Source: the human T2T-CHM13v2.0 reference genome, Homo sapiens. From it: a stretch of DNA of 64,000 nt. The stretch lies in NCBI RefSeq assembly GCF_009914755.1, contig NC_060925.1; one strand, written 5' to 3'. Position numbers and translations under genes: made by a program. The stretch's first letter is position 1. Each line of letters opens with the position of its first letter. The notes under the pieces are model-generated. The model did not search any database, was not told the DNA's origin, and was given only the letters and a program-made list of their open reading frames with translations. Positions 12,859 through 30,181 of the stretch are shown here, one piece after another.

Positions 12859-13399
12859 TAAGCCTACGTTTAATAGTGATGTTTGTGATGCATGAACATC
12901 TTTACCCTAAATTTATCATCACAAAAAAATCATATGTTTAAAACATTTGTTAAGAATTAGGGCAACTGACTCTTCCTCATCTTCTGTCACCCTCATTCTC
13001 TTCCCTCCTCCCTCTCATCTTTCCCTCGATAGATCCTATAGTTATTTGGTGGGGAAGAGCAAGGAGACATCCTCACTAAGTGGGTGGAGCCCAAGGGGCC
13101 CAGATCAGGATATCTGAGGCTGACCTTGGTAAGGATGGCATCCAGGCAAGAGGGCAGCCTGGTATGGAGTATTAGGGCCTGAGCACAGTGAATGGGTGCT
13201 CCTGCAGCGGGCAGCTTGACACAGGGTCCCAGAGTTCAGCAAGTTAACAAGGCTTTTGTGCAGGAGCAGCAGATGGGTGATGTTTGATCCCAAACACGAT
13301 GTGGAGGAAAGCATGTAGGAGGGTCAGACCAGCGATGGAGGTTGGAGCCTGAGTGGGTAAGGAGACATCTCTGTGGGGACAGGTGTGGCAGTGGCAATG

Positions 13400-14720
13400 A
13401 GAGTTTAGCAATATACAGGGTGACTGATCAAATAATTAAATCTAGGAAAGATAATAGGATCTAGGTTTTTCACTAGAGAAGAATGAAATAAAGATAGAGA
13501 AAAAGTAGAATGAACCCTGTGGTGTTGGATTGCAGTTGGCAGTATCCATGGGAATCCATGACATTAAATCCCTATCTCTTTACCTATGTCTATATAGGTA
13601 TATAGATTTAAACAAGTATATGTGTAAATATATGTATCATGAATACATATCATGCATATCATATACATAAATATATATGATATACATTATAAGTTGTATG
13701 TGTATATGAATATGTGCACATGTATTCTTAGCAGTGATTTCCAGTAGTGATGAGTATACTTAGCACCCAGATCTTGGATTCTAAATACCATTCTTTACTA
13801 ACAGTAACCAAGGCTTCTTGGAGAAATGGCTGATTTCAGGGCTAGTGTGGGAAAGTAGCAGATAAGCCTAGAACATCTTGTGCCAGAAAGCAATGGAGTG
13901 CTCAAAGGATAATGAGTCATGTCAAAAAGATACAGAGGCCAACATGAAGGGGTTCCCACTGGACAAATCTGGGACAAAACTGAGCATCAAAATAAATAAT
14001 AATATTAGTGGATTGTAACCCATTTAATAATATGGGGATTCATGAGTACCAACTGATGCAAATTAAAAAATGAATCAATGAAAACTTTGATGGGGTACAA
14101 TGTACTAAAGATTCAAAGTAACTCTTCAGAATATGCTTATTAATATCAAGGGGAAAAGAGTAACTTTATAGTGGAGAAGCTTGGCAGATAGCACTTTGAT
14201 CAGATGATCAAAGACCAAAAAAATGGTGTGCCATCTGAGACGATATGGTGAGAAGAGCACAGCATCACTTCTATGATGTTCCTGCCAAAGGTGCCTGCCT
14301 CAAATATAATCATATTACAGCAGAACTGTCTTGGAATTTTAAAAAGTGTCAAGGTTATGGAAAAGTCAGAAGAGACTGTTGCAGTTCCAGAGTGAAGCCA
14401 CATTAGAGAGAAGTGACAGCCAATGGCAATGGGTGATTCTGAGCTGGAACATTTTGCTACCAAGTCCATTGTAGGGACTTTTTTTCTGAAACTTAGATGG
14501 GGTATGGGGACCAGATGGTGCTTCGTATATATTCATTTCTTGATTTTAATGGCTGTATTGGGATGGTATGGGGAATGTCCTTTGTAGGAAATAGATGGTA
14601 ATGTTTAAGTGGGGCATGAAGCATCAGGTCAGAAACTTACTCTCACATGGTTCAGAGGAGAAAATGTTCTGTTCTTGAAATGTTTCTGCTACTTTGAGAT
14701 TGTTTGAAAAGAAACAAAAA
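13400..14720 (+). mobile_element. Ancient L1 3'UTR fragment (L1MC/L1MD-like); boundaries approximate
   Basis: Motifs typical of old L1M 3'UTRs (AAGGGGAAAAGAGTAACTTTATAGTGGAGAA, AGCATCACTTCTATGATGTTCCTGCCAAA, GAAACTTACTCTCACATGGTTCAG). Confidence 0.6.
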
Positions 14721-15566
14721 GAATTAGTTTACCTGAGAAAGCTTCAGTTTACATAGGCATTAAACTAAAACAATAGTTGAGAAATCTGTTAAGGTTCTTA
14801 GGTATCATTTTCCAAAGGTGTATATGCCCTCCAACAGAAACAAATCACATGTGTTGAGGCTATTTGTTCTAAAGTGTAATCTTTTGACATTAACTTTGTA
14901 TAGCTGGTCTCACATATTGCGCAATATAAGGTGAACGTTAGAAATTAACAACTTATCACATACATGCTGATGTAAGATAACAAACCTCACAACACTTTGC
15001 TAAAAATAAGCTCTATTCCTAATAAAAATTGCCGCTATTTAAACATAGAATATCTCAAATAATGTTAGAATCGAAATAAAGAATGTTACCTTTAAAGAGT
15101 TGTTATTCTTTTCTTTGAAAATAGCATTTTTCCTGGCATTTTTGAAGTTATTGAGGTTATTGTACTAATGTGTCCCTAATCCCAAGCCAGAAGCTTTTAA
15201 TAGCCTTACAATTATATACTTCTGAGAACCTGAAAGGGAATTTAGATACCTCGTTTGATTGATCTTGAAGCCCAAAGTGCTTTTGTAACTTAGCCAAAAA
15301 CAATGAGATAGCTAACAGCTATAACTGTTTTCCTGGGTTGTATTTCAGCGTCCATCCAGCATGTGGTTTTTCTTCATAAAAAGTCCTCAAAATAGGCCCC
15401 TGGCAGGAGGGTGTTCTTGGGAGGGAAGGGTGGCAAAAAATGTTCACACTTTAAAAATGTCTGCACCTAAACTATGCAGAACAGGAATTTAGGGCCACAG
15501 GGCCATTGGAAGATTATTAAGAATCATCACATTGAAGAATCAGGGTTGCCGATGTATCTGTTCAAA

Positions 15567-16285
15567 ATCAAGGTTTTCAACTTTGGTACTATTGGCATTT
15601 TCCACTGGATAATTCTTTTTCGTGGAAAGTTGTTATCCTAAAACATTTAACAGTATCCCTGGCCTCTATATATGTGGTGGGTGAATTGTACACCCCCAAA
15701 AGATATGTTTAATCCCTGATCTTTGGTACCTGTGAAAGTGACCTTATTTGGGAGTAGGGTCTTTGCAGATGTAATGAACTAAAATAAGGTCATACTAAAT
15801 TAGAGTAAGCCCTAAACCTAATGACTGTGGTCTTTATAAAAAAAAAAAGGGGGGGGGAGGGAGATTTGAACATAGAGACAGAGACATATACAGAGGGAAG
15901 ATCATCATGTGAAGACAGAGGCAGGTGTTGGACTAATGCAGCTACCACCAGCCGAGGAATGCCAAGGTTGCCAGCAACTCCCAGATGCTAGGCAGAGGCA
16001 AGGAAGGATTCTTCACTGGAGAGTTCAGAGGAGGAAGGCCCTGCCAACACCTTGATTTCAGACTCCTGGCCTCCAGAACTGTGAAAGATTACACTTCTGT
16101 TGTTTTTGCCACCAAATTTGTAGTCATTTGTTATGACACCTAATTTGTGGTAATTTGTTATGGAAACTTATATAACCTACTAAATAAATGTAGTAATCAT
16201 CCCCCAATTGTGACAAGCAAAATGCTTTCAGACATTGCCAAATGTCTCCTGTGGGGCAAAACTACCCTTAGTTGAGAGCCACTGA
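15567..16285. mobile_element. MER20-like hAT DNA transposon split by an MLT1 LTR
   Basis: Left part GGTTTTCAACTTTGGTACTATTGGCATTTT and right part CAGACATTGCCAAATGTCTCCTG...GTTGAGAGCCACTG resemble MER20. Confidence 0.65.
15673..16175 (+). mobile_element. MaLR solo LTR (MLT1B/C-like)
   Basis: GTGACCTTATTTGG...AGGGTCTTTGCAGATGTAAT and GGCCCTGCCAACACCTTGATTTCAGACTCCTGGCCTCCAGAACTGTGA, typical of MLT1. Confidence 0.75.
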
Positions 16286-16758
16286 ACAAAATCCCAACTC
16301 TTATCGAATAGACTAACAATTGAAACATTTAACAAATCTATAGTCTTTAGAAAGAATAGAAATCTTAGTTATTAACTTTTGGGGTTTTATTTCTTAATAA
16401 GTTTTTATTTGGCATAAGTTACTGTTAAAGTATCTTAGTGACCCATGTAGAGGTGATTTGAAACAGAATTTTTATGCTGCCCTTTGAAATGTATATTATT
16501 GCCAAAATTATATATTTTTAAAAAGATCAATTTATTTCCATTCCTATACCATCTGGTTTTTAAAATAGTTTTACAAGACTGGTAAAAGTGTACATTGTAC
16601 TTGTCAGTAAGCCTTAAAAAACCTTGTCTATAAAGGCTTCTTGTCCAATAGCTTCCATACTATGCAGAAAATATCAAGAGCTCAAGAGTTCTCTATGTGG
16701 AGTATTATCTGTCCCTGACTTAGAAAGTCTGACTTATAAATGTCTACATCAGGATTAC

Positions 16759-17074
<316 letters not shown>

Positions 17075-19777
17075 CCGATAACTAGAATTTTTTGACAAGC
17101 TTTTTTTTTTTTTCCCTTGTTTATCTTGTTTTTTGGATGAATCGCTCTGGAGTATAATTTCCAGGACTCAGAGATGCCTTATTTCCTTTTTCCTCCTTCT
17201 GCTGCATTTATGGACAGGGGATAAGGCTACTCTGTTCCTAAAACTCATAATTCTCCATGTGTTGTGTATAATCAGTATTCTACTTAGTAATTAGGTATTT
17301 TAAAGATAAGGTTTAACTATATCATGGCTTAAGTGGCCTTTACAATGTGGCATGGGATCACATGGTTATATATAATATTGCTTCCATGAAGAAATATATT
17401 CTTATTTCCAAATCTCTATTTTATGAATAATATATAATATTCATTCCTATCAGTGTTTCTGTAATTGGGTTGCACATTTATAATGCTGTATATCAGAATG
17501 TTAAAATTAAGATTTATTAAGTACTGCATGTTGATAGCAATCAGTATAGAGATGAGAAAGATAAAGAATAATATTTATTTTAATAGTAGTTCCTTCTTAC
17601 ACTTTTTTCTTAATGAAGTTCAGACCCTTCCAAGATTTTAACATATAATAAAGGGATTTTGGGGGCTTTAGAGAGAATGTTTATTCTTAATCAGAGATGT
17701 AGTTGCATTTATTTCCTGATTTAAAAAAGCAAATCATAAGACCCAATGCAGTTTTCTAGTGTTACTTATTTTTCTTCCCAACTTCAATTAAATGAAGCCC
17801 TCAAAATGAAATATGTGAAAATGTTACCTTAATACCTTTAAGTAGAATTATAGCATGTTTATTTCACTTGAAAGTGTTAATAGAATAAATTATAAGCCCT
17901 TCTAGAAACACATATTTTAAAATATAATATGTGAAAAACATTTAAGTAGAGGCCATTTTGCTATTTCACAGAAAATTATAACAGGTGAAAATTAAGATGT
18001 TACTCAATTCTTTGATGCAGTAGTCTCATGCTTCATCTGCCCTGCAAAGAGAGAAAAAAGTCTTTTAATCTCTTGAGCAACTATTTGATGTTACTCTTTC
18101 ATGTTGATATTTTTGTCTCTTCCATATAGCATATAGAATGCTATATGGAAATTTTCTAGCAATGATTAAGAAAGGGTGAGTTTGATAACTTGAGAAATGC
18201 ATGTTATGATCTTGGCATCATCACTCATATTTATACAACTTTTCTGATCCTCATTTTTTTCCCTATCAGATGAGGTTTACAGTGGAGGCATATTTTCAAA
18301 GCACTGAGCTGGGCATATGGCGTTTGGAAACCCTAAGTAACAGTCAGTGACAGAATTTGGATTAAGACCCCAAATTCCTTCATCTTCATTTTATACTTCT
18401 TTTTGTGACTCAGCCTAATCCTTTTAGGGAAGTATTCAAACCACATCTGCCTGAGTCTCCTGCCAATTTCCTTTAAACCCCAATGTTAGCTGAATCAGCC
18501 TCCTGCCAGCTGTCCTCCAACTAAAAGCAATAAGGTTTACATTCTCACTTTTTTTGGTTAAAAAATAGCTTGCCTAAACAAAGAACTTCTTTTACTGTCC
18601 TAATACCTTCTGTAGGCTGTCCTGCTTTTCCACTTAAGGCATTTCTGTATATTGCCTCTTTAAGGGACTTTTCCCAAGGCAGAAGCCACACAGCAGTTAT
18701 ATGTGTTCTTTTGCACTTGGGGCTTTTTCAGTGGAACCTGAAGCTTGATCAAGATTAATGCCTTAAAGGGAATATGAAGTTAAGGTACTGGTGGTGTTTG
18801 GTTTATGGATGTCTGATTGTATTTTTAATATGTGAGCCAGCAATTGGAAATGGCCTCAACAGCTAGTATATTCTGGAAATACCCAGACTTCCCTACCTCT
18901 GGAAACTTGGTGTTTCCTTCCTTTCCTATCCTTCAACTGTCATCAGCTTAGATTCTGCCAAAGCCAAACTTAGACTCATTTTCTCTCCTTATTCTGACAC
19001 AGGTCCCTGTTGAGCCCATCCAAGACAAGTCCTAGTGATCGGTAAGGGAGAATAGCCCCAGCATTGGAGCTCATCTTCCTGGAATTATCTTCACCCTCCT
19101 TCCACCTCCAGGCTCAGGCTTCACACTCTATCTCATGTGCCAATTTGTATAAAATATACTGGCTAGTTTTAGTCAATACTATGCATTAATGGGTGCTGCT
19201 CAAAATTTTAATGACTCTCAATTTCAAATTGTGGGCCCAAATCCCTACTATTATGATCCATATAACCCCTTAAGGACCAAGCTTGCCCAGCTTCATATTC
19301 CCCAACAGTACCAAGTGTGCATCAGATACTGTGTATATTCATTTACTTAAGTGGAATAGGAATAAGAATGACAGCAATTTTTTCATTAGTTTATGTCACT
19401 CTTATTGTTACTGATACTGTGAACCATAATAATAAATGATGCTGGAAATCTCAAAAAGGTTATGGGCTTGTTTCAGGGATAAAGAGTATAATAAGAACCC
19501 TTAAGATTGTATTCTGCTGTACAGTGGGGTATCCCTGGAGAGGAAAGCAAAGATATCAAAGCTTACGTTTTGCAGGCTTCACAGAACAGATGATATAGTA
19601 GAATAGCTGTTTCCTTCTCATCCACCCCCGCCTGGCTTCCTGTCCATAAGTGAATAGCATCTGCCTTGATCTTCCTGAAATATTTTGTCTTTAACCTCTA
19701 AGTATGCTAGCCCCAAGAATAGAAACAAGGATTTTTCATTAGGAAAATAACATTTATGGGAGCTTTTCTTTTAAGCA

Positions 19778-19961
19778 GTGTGTATATGTGTGTTTGTGTG
19801 TGTGTGTGTGTGTGAGAGAGAGAAAGAGAGAGTTGGGGAGGGTGGGAGGGAAGAGGAAGAGAGAAAAGGGGGAAAAGACAGAGAAGGAGGGTGATGGGAG
19901 GAGAGGGAGAATGGGAGAATATGGGTATGAATATGAATGAATGAGTGAATGAATGAATGAA
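19778..19961. repeat. Compound simple repeat: (TG)n(AG)n, purine-rich tract, (GAAT)n
   Basis: Directly visible. Confidence 0.85.
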
Positions 19962-20060
19962 TACTAGATGTGACTGGAGGAAAGGTTTTGTATACTTGAT
20001 AGCCCAGTGAGAAACTCAGGACATATTTTCCTATATAATCATTGTGAGAGGGTAGTCTGA

Positions 20061-20370
<310 letters not shown>

Positions 20371-20889
20371 ACTTTTTTTCTTTTTTTAGAAATTATTATA
20401 AGTTCTGAGATACATGTGCAGAATGTGCAGGTTTGTTACATAGATATACATGTGCCCTGGTCGTTTAGAAAGTGCATTAAACTTCGAAAGCTGTTTTAGA
20501 AGTGATTAAACCTTTGGAACACAGCCTATTGGAGAGTTAGGTTCTGCTAGGTACGTTATTTTATTAGGCAATATTGTAAAAGCAATGTTCTAAAGCTAAA
20601 GTAACAAAAGTGATCACTATGATAACATTTTTCATACATATAAGAAAATGAACTGGAAATCTAATCTTGTACTAGAAATAACTTTCTGAGCAGATTATTT
20701 TTAAAAAGTGTAATAAAAATGGCTCAGGTTTCATTTAAATTGAATGGGATTTAATTTAAATCATGCAGCCAAGTTTACAATAATAAGCCTTTTTTCCCCC
20801 TTCTCTGACTTTTTTGATATATTTGAGTAGTTTCCTGGAAGGTAAGGTCTGGTACTCTAAAATAAAAGGAACAGTAGGCCATGTCGTCT

Positions 20890-21266
<377 letters not shown>

Positions 21267-21399
21267 TCAAAAGGAGAGAGAAGTGACAGAGGCAGAGGAA
21301 ACTGAAAGTCAGGTGATAGAGGGCATGCCTCTTGGTAACCGTAGCTGGAAAACAAATAGCAACCCAAAGTGGCCCGTCAGCCATTTTTTTTTTTTTTTC

Positions 21400-21557
21400 T
21401 TTTTTAAATTTTCATTTATTTATTTATTTATTTGTAAATAGAGATGAGGTCCCACTATGTCACCCAGGCTGCTCTTGAACTTCTGGGCTCAAGTGATCCT
21501 CCTGCCTCGGACTCCCAAAATGCTGGGATTACAGGTGTGAGCCACTACACTTAGCCT
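21400..21557 (-). repeat. Free left Alu monomer (FLAM-like) with (TAAA)n tail; lies inside the composite insertion
   Basis: Single-arm Alu sequence; on the - strand its tail has overlapping AATAAA hexamers followed by an A-run. Confidence 0.8.
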
Positions 21558-21824
21558 GGTCTTTTCAACTCAACCTGTTTTTTTTGTTTGTTTGTTTTTT
21601 GTTTTTAATTTTTTTTTTTATTATACTCTAAGTTTTAGGGTACATGTGCACATTGTGCAGGTTAGTTACATATGTATACATGTGCCATGCTGGTGCGCTG
21701 CACCCACTAACGTGTCATCTAGCATTAGGTATATCTCCCAATGCTATCCCTCCCCCCTCCCCCGAACCCACCACAGTCCCCAGAGTGTGATATTCCCCTT
21801 CCTGTGTCCATGTGATCTCATTGT

Positions 21825-25677
<3,853 letters not shown>

Positions 25678-25716
25678 TCATTAGTTGATGCAGTTTCTTC
25701 CTAGTCTCGATGGTCT

Positions 25717-26733
25717 TTACATTTTGGCATGATTTTGCAGCGGCTGGTACCGGTTGTTCCTTTCCATGTTTAGCGCTTCCTTCAGGAGCTCTTTTAGGGC
25801 AGGCCTGGTGGTGACAAAATCTCTCAGCATTTGCTTGTCTATAAAGTATTTTATTTCTCCTTCACTTATGAAGCTTAGTTTGGCTGGATATGAAATTCTG
25901 GGTTGAAAATTCTTTTCTTTAAGAATGTTGAATATTGGCCCCCACTCTCTTCTGGCTTGTAGGGTTTCTGCCGAGAGATCCGCTGTTAGTCTGATGGGCT
26001 TTCCTTTGAGGGTAACCCGACCTTTCTCTCTGGCTGCCCTTAACATTTTTTCCTTCATTTCAACTTTGGTGAATCTGACAATTATGTGTCTTGGAGTTGC
26101 TCTTCTCGAGGAGTATCTTTGTGGCGTTCTCTGTATTTCCTGAATCTGAACGTTGGCCTGCCTTGCTAGATTGGGGAAGTTCTCCTGGATAATATCCTGC
26201 AGAGTGTTTTCCAACTTGGTTCCATTCTCCACATCACTTTCAGGTACACCAATCAGACGTAGATTTGGTCTTTTCACATAGTCCCATATTTCTTGGAGGC
26301 TTTGCTCATTTCTTTTTATTCTTTTTCCTCTAAACTTCCCTTCTCGCTTCATTTCATTCATTTCATCTTCCATCGCTGATACCCTTTCTTCCAGTTGATC
26401 GCATCGGCTCCTGAGGCTTCTGCATTCTTCACGTAGTTCTCGAGCCTTGGTTTTCAGCTCCATCAGCTCCTTTAAGCACTTCTCTGTATTGGTTATTCTA
26501 GTTATACATTCTTCTAAATTTTTTTCAAAGTTTTCAACTTCTTTGCCTTTGGTTTGAATGTCCTCCCGTAGCTCAGAGTAATTTGATCGTCTGAAGCCTT
26601 CTTCTCTCAGCTCGTCAAAATCATTCTCCATCCAGCTTTGTTCTGTTGCTGGTGAGGAACTGCGTTCCTTTGGAGGAGGAGAGGCGCTCTGCGTTTTAGA
26701 GTTTCCAGTTTTTCTGTTCTGTTTTTTCCCCAT
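25717..26733 (-). CDS. L1 ORF1p, intact 338 aa RNA-binding protein
   Basis: MGKKQNRKTGNSKTQSASPPPKERSSSP...ARR...YPAKLS...NHAKM, full length with no stops. Confidence 0.95.
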   Translation of the reverse strand: MGKKQNRKTGNSKTQSASPPPKERSSSPATEQSWMENDFDELREEGFRRSNYSELREDIQTKGKEVENFEKNLEECITRITNTEKCLKELMELKTKARELREECRSLRSRCDQLEERVSAMEDEMNEMKREGKFRGKRIKRNEQSLQEIWDYVKRPNLRLIGVPESDVENGTKLENTLQDIIQENFPNLARQANVQIQEIQRTPQRYSSRRATPRHIIVRFTKVEMKEKMLRAAREKGRVTLKGKPIRLTADLSAETLQARREWGPIFNILKEKNFQPRISYPAKLSFISEGEIKYFIDKQMLRDFVTTRPALKELLKEALNMERNNRYQPLQNHAKM

Positions 26734-27188
26734 CTTTGTGGTTTTCTCTACTTTTGGTCTTTGATGATGGTGATGTACAGATGGGTTTTCGGTGTAGATG
26801 TCCTTTCTGGTTGTTAGTTTTCCTTCTAACAGACAGGACCCTCAGCTGCAGGTCTGTTGGAATACCCTGCCATGTGAGGTGTCAGTGTGCCCCTGCTGGG
26901 GGGTGCCTCCCAGTTAGGCTGCTCGGGGGTCAGGGGTCAGGGACCCACTTGAGGAGGCAGTCTGCCCGTTCTCAGATCTCCAGCTGCTTGCTGGGAGAAC
27001 CACTGCTCTCTTCAAAGCTGTCAGACAGGGACATTTAAGTCTGCAGAGGTTACTGCTGTCTTTTTGTTTGTCTGTGCCCTGCCCCCAGAGGTGGAGCCTA
27101 CAGAGGCAGGCAGGCCTCCTTGAGCTGTGGTGGGCTCCACCCAGTTCGAGCTTCCTGGCTCCTTTGTTTACCTAAGCAAGCCTGGGCA

Positions 27189-27404
27189 ATGGCGGGCGCC
27201 CCTCCCCCAGCCTCGTTGCCGCCTTGCAGTTTGATCTCAGACTGCTGTGCTAGCAATCAGCGAGATTCCGTGGGCGTAGGACCCTCTGAGCCAGGTGTGG
27301 GATATAGTCTCGTGGTGCGCCGTTTCTTAAGCCGGTCTGAAAAGCGCAATATTCGGGTGGGAGTGACCCGATTTTCCAGGTGCGTCTGTCACCCCTTTCT
27401 TTGA
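27189..27404 (+). CDS. L1 ORF0 (71 aa, antisense ORF of the primate L1 5'UTR), intact, with splice donors after 27294 and 27379
   Basis: MAGAPPPASLPPCSLISDCCASNQRDSVGVGPSEPGVGYSLVVRRFLSRSEKRNIRVGVTRFSRCVCHPFL*; donors CAG|GTGTGG and CAG|GTGCGT. Confidence 0.85.
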   Translation: MAGAPPPASLPPCSLISDCCASNQRDSVGVGPSEPGVGYSLVVRRFLSRSEKRNIRVGVTRFSRCVCHPFL

Positions 27405-27700
27405 CTCGGAAAGGGAACTCCCTGACCCCTTGCGCTTCCCAGGTGAGGCAATGCCTCGCCCTGCTTCGGCTTGCGCACGGTGCGCACACACACTGGCCTG
27501 CGCCCACTGTCTGGCACTCCCTAGTGAGATGAACCCGGTACCTCAGATGGAAATGCAGAAATCACCCGTCTTCTGCGTCGCTCACGCTGGGAGCTGTAGA
27601 CCGGAGCTGTTCCTATTCGGCCATCTTGGCTCCTCCCTCGGAATCTATTTCTTAAACACAGACATCAGAAGCTTAACCAACTCAACCTACTTCCTTGCAG

Positions 27701-27798
27701 GAGTGAGTCCGTGCTGCTGCACATGCCCCAGCCTGTGAATCCAGAGCTCACTACAGGGCGCATCACAGGACTGGTGGACAGGCTCAACCACTTCCGAG
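27701..27798 (+). pseudogene. Isolated 98-nt internal exon of a TRIM43/TRIM49/TRIM51-family gene (linker preceding the B30.2/SPRY domain)
   Basis: Acceptor CTACTTCCTTGCAG|G and donor GAG|GTGAGT. Translates (phase 2 to 1) as (R)[32 protein letters not shown], closely matching recalled TRIM43/49 sequence [11 protein letters not shown](V/L)NPEL(T/S)AGPITGL..RLN.FR. Confidence 0.85.
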
Positions 27799-28447
27799 GT
27801 GAGTGTCACAATTTTTCTTAAACAAAGCTACTGCTCTTTGCTTTGTGAAGTGGTAATCCCTGTTCCTGGCCCGGTGGGAAAACATACCAGTAGCGTGCTG
27901 GGAATCTAATGTGGTGAGAACGTTTTACTGGGGGCGCACAAAGGAGGAAAATATTCCAGACATGCTAAGGCTAAGAATGGCTCCCCAGAAAACGGATACC
28001 TGAGAAAAGGGAGAATCAATTTTGATTTGCAGATACTCTTATGTTTTCATTAATTCCTGCTGGTACATCCATTACATAACTCTAGGTCAAGAAGAGAATT
28101 TGTATATCTGTTGGAAAACCTTTAGCCAGAGAAATTAAAGATGATATCAAATGAGTCACTGTGCTAAGGAGAAGCAACCAAGGAACTCCAAAATTAAACC
28201 CAGCCCTGCTTTCTCTGCTTTTTCTTTCACAGTTTTGGATTCCATGTTTCCAAAGTAATCTTAGTCTTTTAAATTCCTAAGAGTCATTAATCTGTTTTAG
28301 GAACAATATTAAAATTGTATAATTAGAATTTAAAACATCACAAACTATTATTAAATCAATAGTTAGGTTTTTCCAAATACACATCTAGTGTTTAACTGTC
28401 CTCTAGTCTTATGAACTGTTTCTCTATTTCTGTTTAATATGAATAGA

Positions 28448-28449
<2 letters not shown>

Positions 28450-28480
<31 letters not shown>
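28450..28480. repeat. (GT)n microsatellite
   Basis: Directly visible. Confidence 0.9.
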
Positions 28481-28483
<3 letters not shown>

Positions 28484-29297
28484 CTGTGTGTTTCCCAATC
28501 TGATAACAATGGAATGTTTGCATTGAGCTTTTTGGGGGAGCATTTTTGTGACTTTGTGCAGCTTTTGTTTGTTCCCAAATGTCCCCATTCCAATGTATGG
28601 AGTTCATTCTTGTAAAAAATAATTATTATAACTTTCCTGTGTTCTTTTACTTTTTGCAAGTTGTAGTTGTTGGTTGCCTCTGTTAAGATGAAATGTTTCT
28701 TTAAGAGACTCATGTGAGAAAGCAATCTACACATTCTTTAACCAGCCTGGCAATGTTGGCAGCAGGGCACCGCTTACTCAACCAGTACAGCTGGGGCCTG
28801 GAAACGAAACAGTCAATGCTCAGGGCAGGAGCAAAAAATGGACTTTTTAATTGTTATTAGGCTGGTTATTTAATTAACCTGTTTGGAGGGTTTAACTCCT
28901 ATTCTTTTATTCTAAATAGTGCTATTTAAAGCCATATTCCCACTGTTATAAAGAGACTAATTGTTTGCAATTATCCATTACTTACCTCTGCCTTGGCTTG
29001 ATTAAACTTTAGTCTGTCTTTTTTCTTCCTTACAGACCCCTGAAACGTGGCTTGCCCTAAGACTGAGCAAGCATTAAAATGAAGAACATCTTGATAATTG
29101 GCTGACTGCAGCCCGATCATGCTGTCTGTGTACACTCCTTCATTTGCCCAGTTTCCCTAAAAAAGTTCCTGCTTTACTGCTTATCCCTCTTCATATTAAA
29201 AAATAGCCTTTTCTGTTTACTTTTGGGATGCTTGAAGATCTTAAGTTTGGAGGTTTTTCCTCTATTGCAATAGTCTTTTTAAAAATAATGTCTTCAT

Positions 29298-29573
29298 TCT
29301 GGGCAGGGTGGCTCACATCTGTAATCCCAGCAATTTGAGAGGCCAAGGTGGGTGGATCACTTGAGGTCAGGAGTTCAAGACCGGCCTGGCCAACATGGCA
29401 AAACTCTGTCTCTACTACAAATACAAAAATTAGCTGGGCATGGTGGCGGACACCTGTAGTCCCAGCTACTTGGGAGGCTGAGGCAGGAGAATCGCTTGAA
29501 CCCAGGAGTTGGAGGTTTCAGTGAGCCACTGCACTCCAGCCTGGGGGACAGAGTGAGACTCTGTCAAATAATA

Positions 29574-29603
<30 letters not shown>
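29298..29603 (+). repeat. Alu (AluS-like) with (AAT)n tail
   Basis: Alu consensus; AATAATGTCTTCATT duplicated on both sides. Confidence 0.9.
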
Positions 29604-29604
<1 letters not shown>

Positions 29605-30180
29605 TGTCTTCATTTAACTTTGGATTTGTTTTTGACGAAAAGATTTGACATTAATTTAGAAACATTAGATATCAGAGTTGGGCTCTGAATGGTTACATTT
29701 CCATATAGGTTGTTGCTCTAGTTCCTTCCCATCGAAAAGTTTGGTCTTAGAAACTACCTTTACTGAACTACAGAATTTAAATTTGAAGATATATTTATAA
29801 TTTTTAGTGTCAATGTAAAATAAGAATATCAAGATGAATCTCTAAACAAAATGCTTTATTTGGTAGAACAGAATTGGAGTTCAGGGCATACACAGAGAGT
29901 GGAATGGTCTTCAGTATGACTGAAAAACAAGGAGAAGCTTAGAGGTTTTATTAGAGAGAAATGTTATATATTGTTTTGGAAGAAAACTCATTAGCACTAG
30001 CAAAGTTTTTAGGAGCTGACGAGCTCTGAATGGTGAGTGATGGTGGTGGGTAAATTAGTCTTAGAGTCATGGCGGTTTGTTTCAGAAGCTGCTAGGTAAA
30101 ACTGGTCTTAAAGTTATACCAGGTCATTTCAGCAGCTAGCTTGCATTATTAGCCCCGGGCAGGTGCTTTGTGTCCCAAGT

Positions 30181-30181
<1 letters not shown>

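Noticed and set aside
27640-27653. GGAATCTATTTCTT as the TSD of the L1 at this locus
   Set aside because: It has an endonuclease-site ending but no matching copy beside the poly(A) tail; reinterpreted as a carried-over flank.
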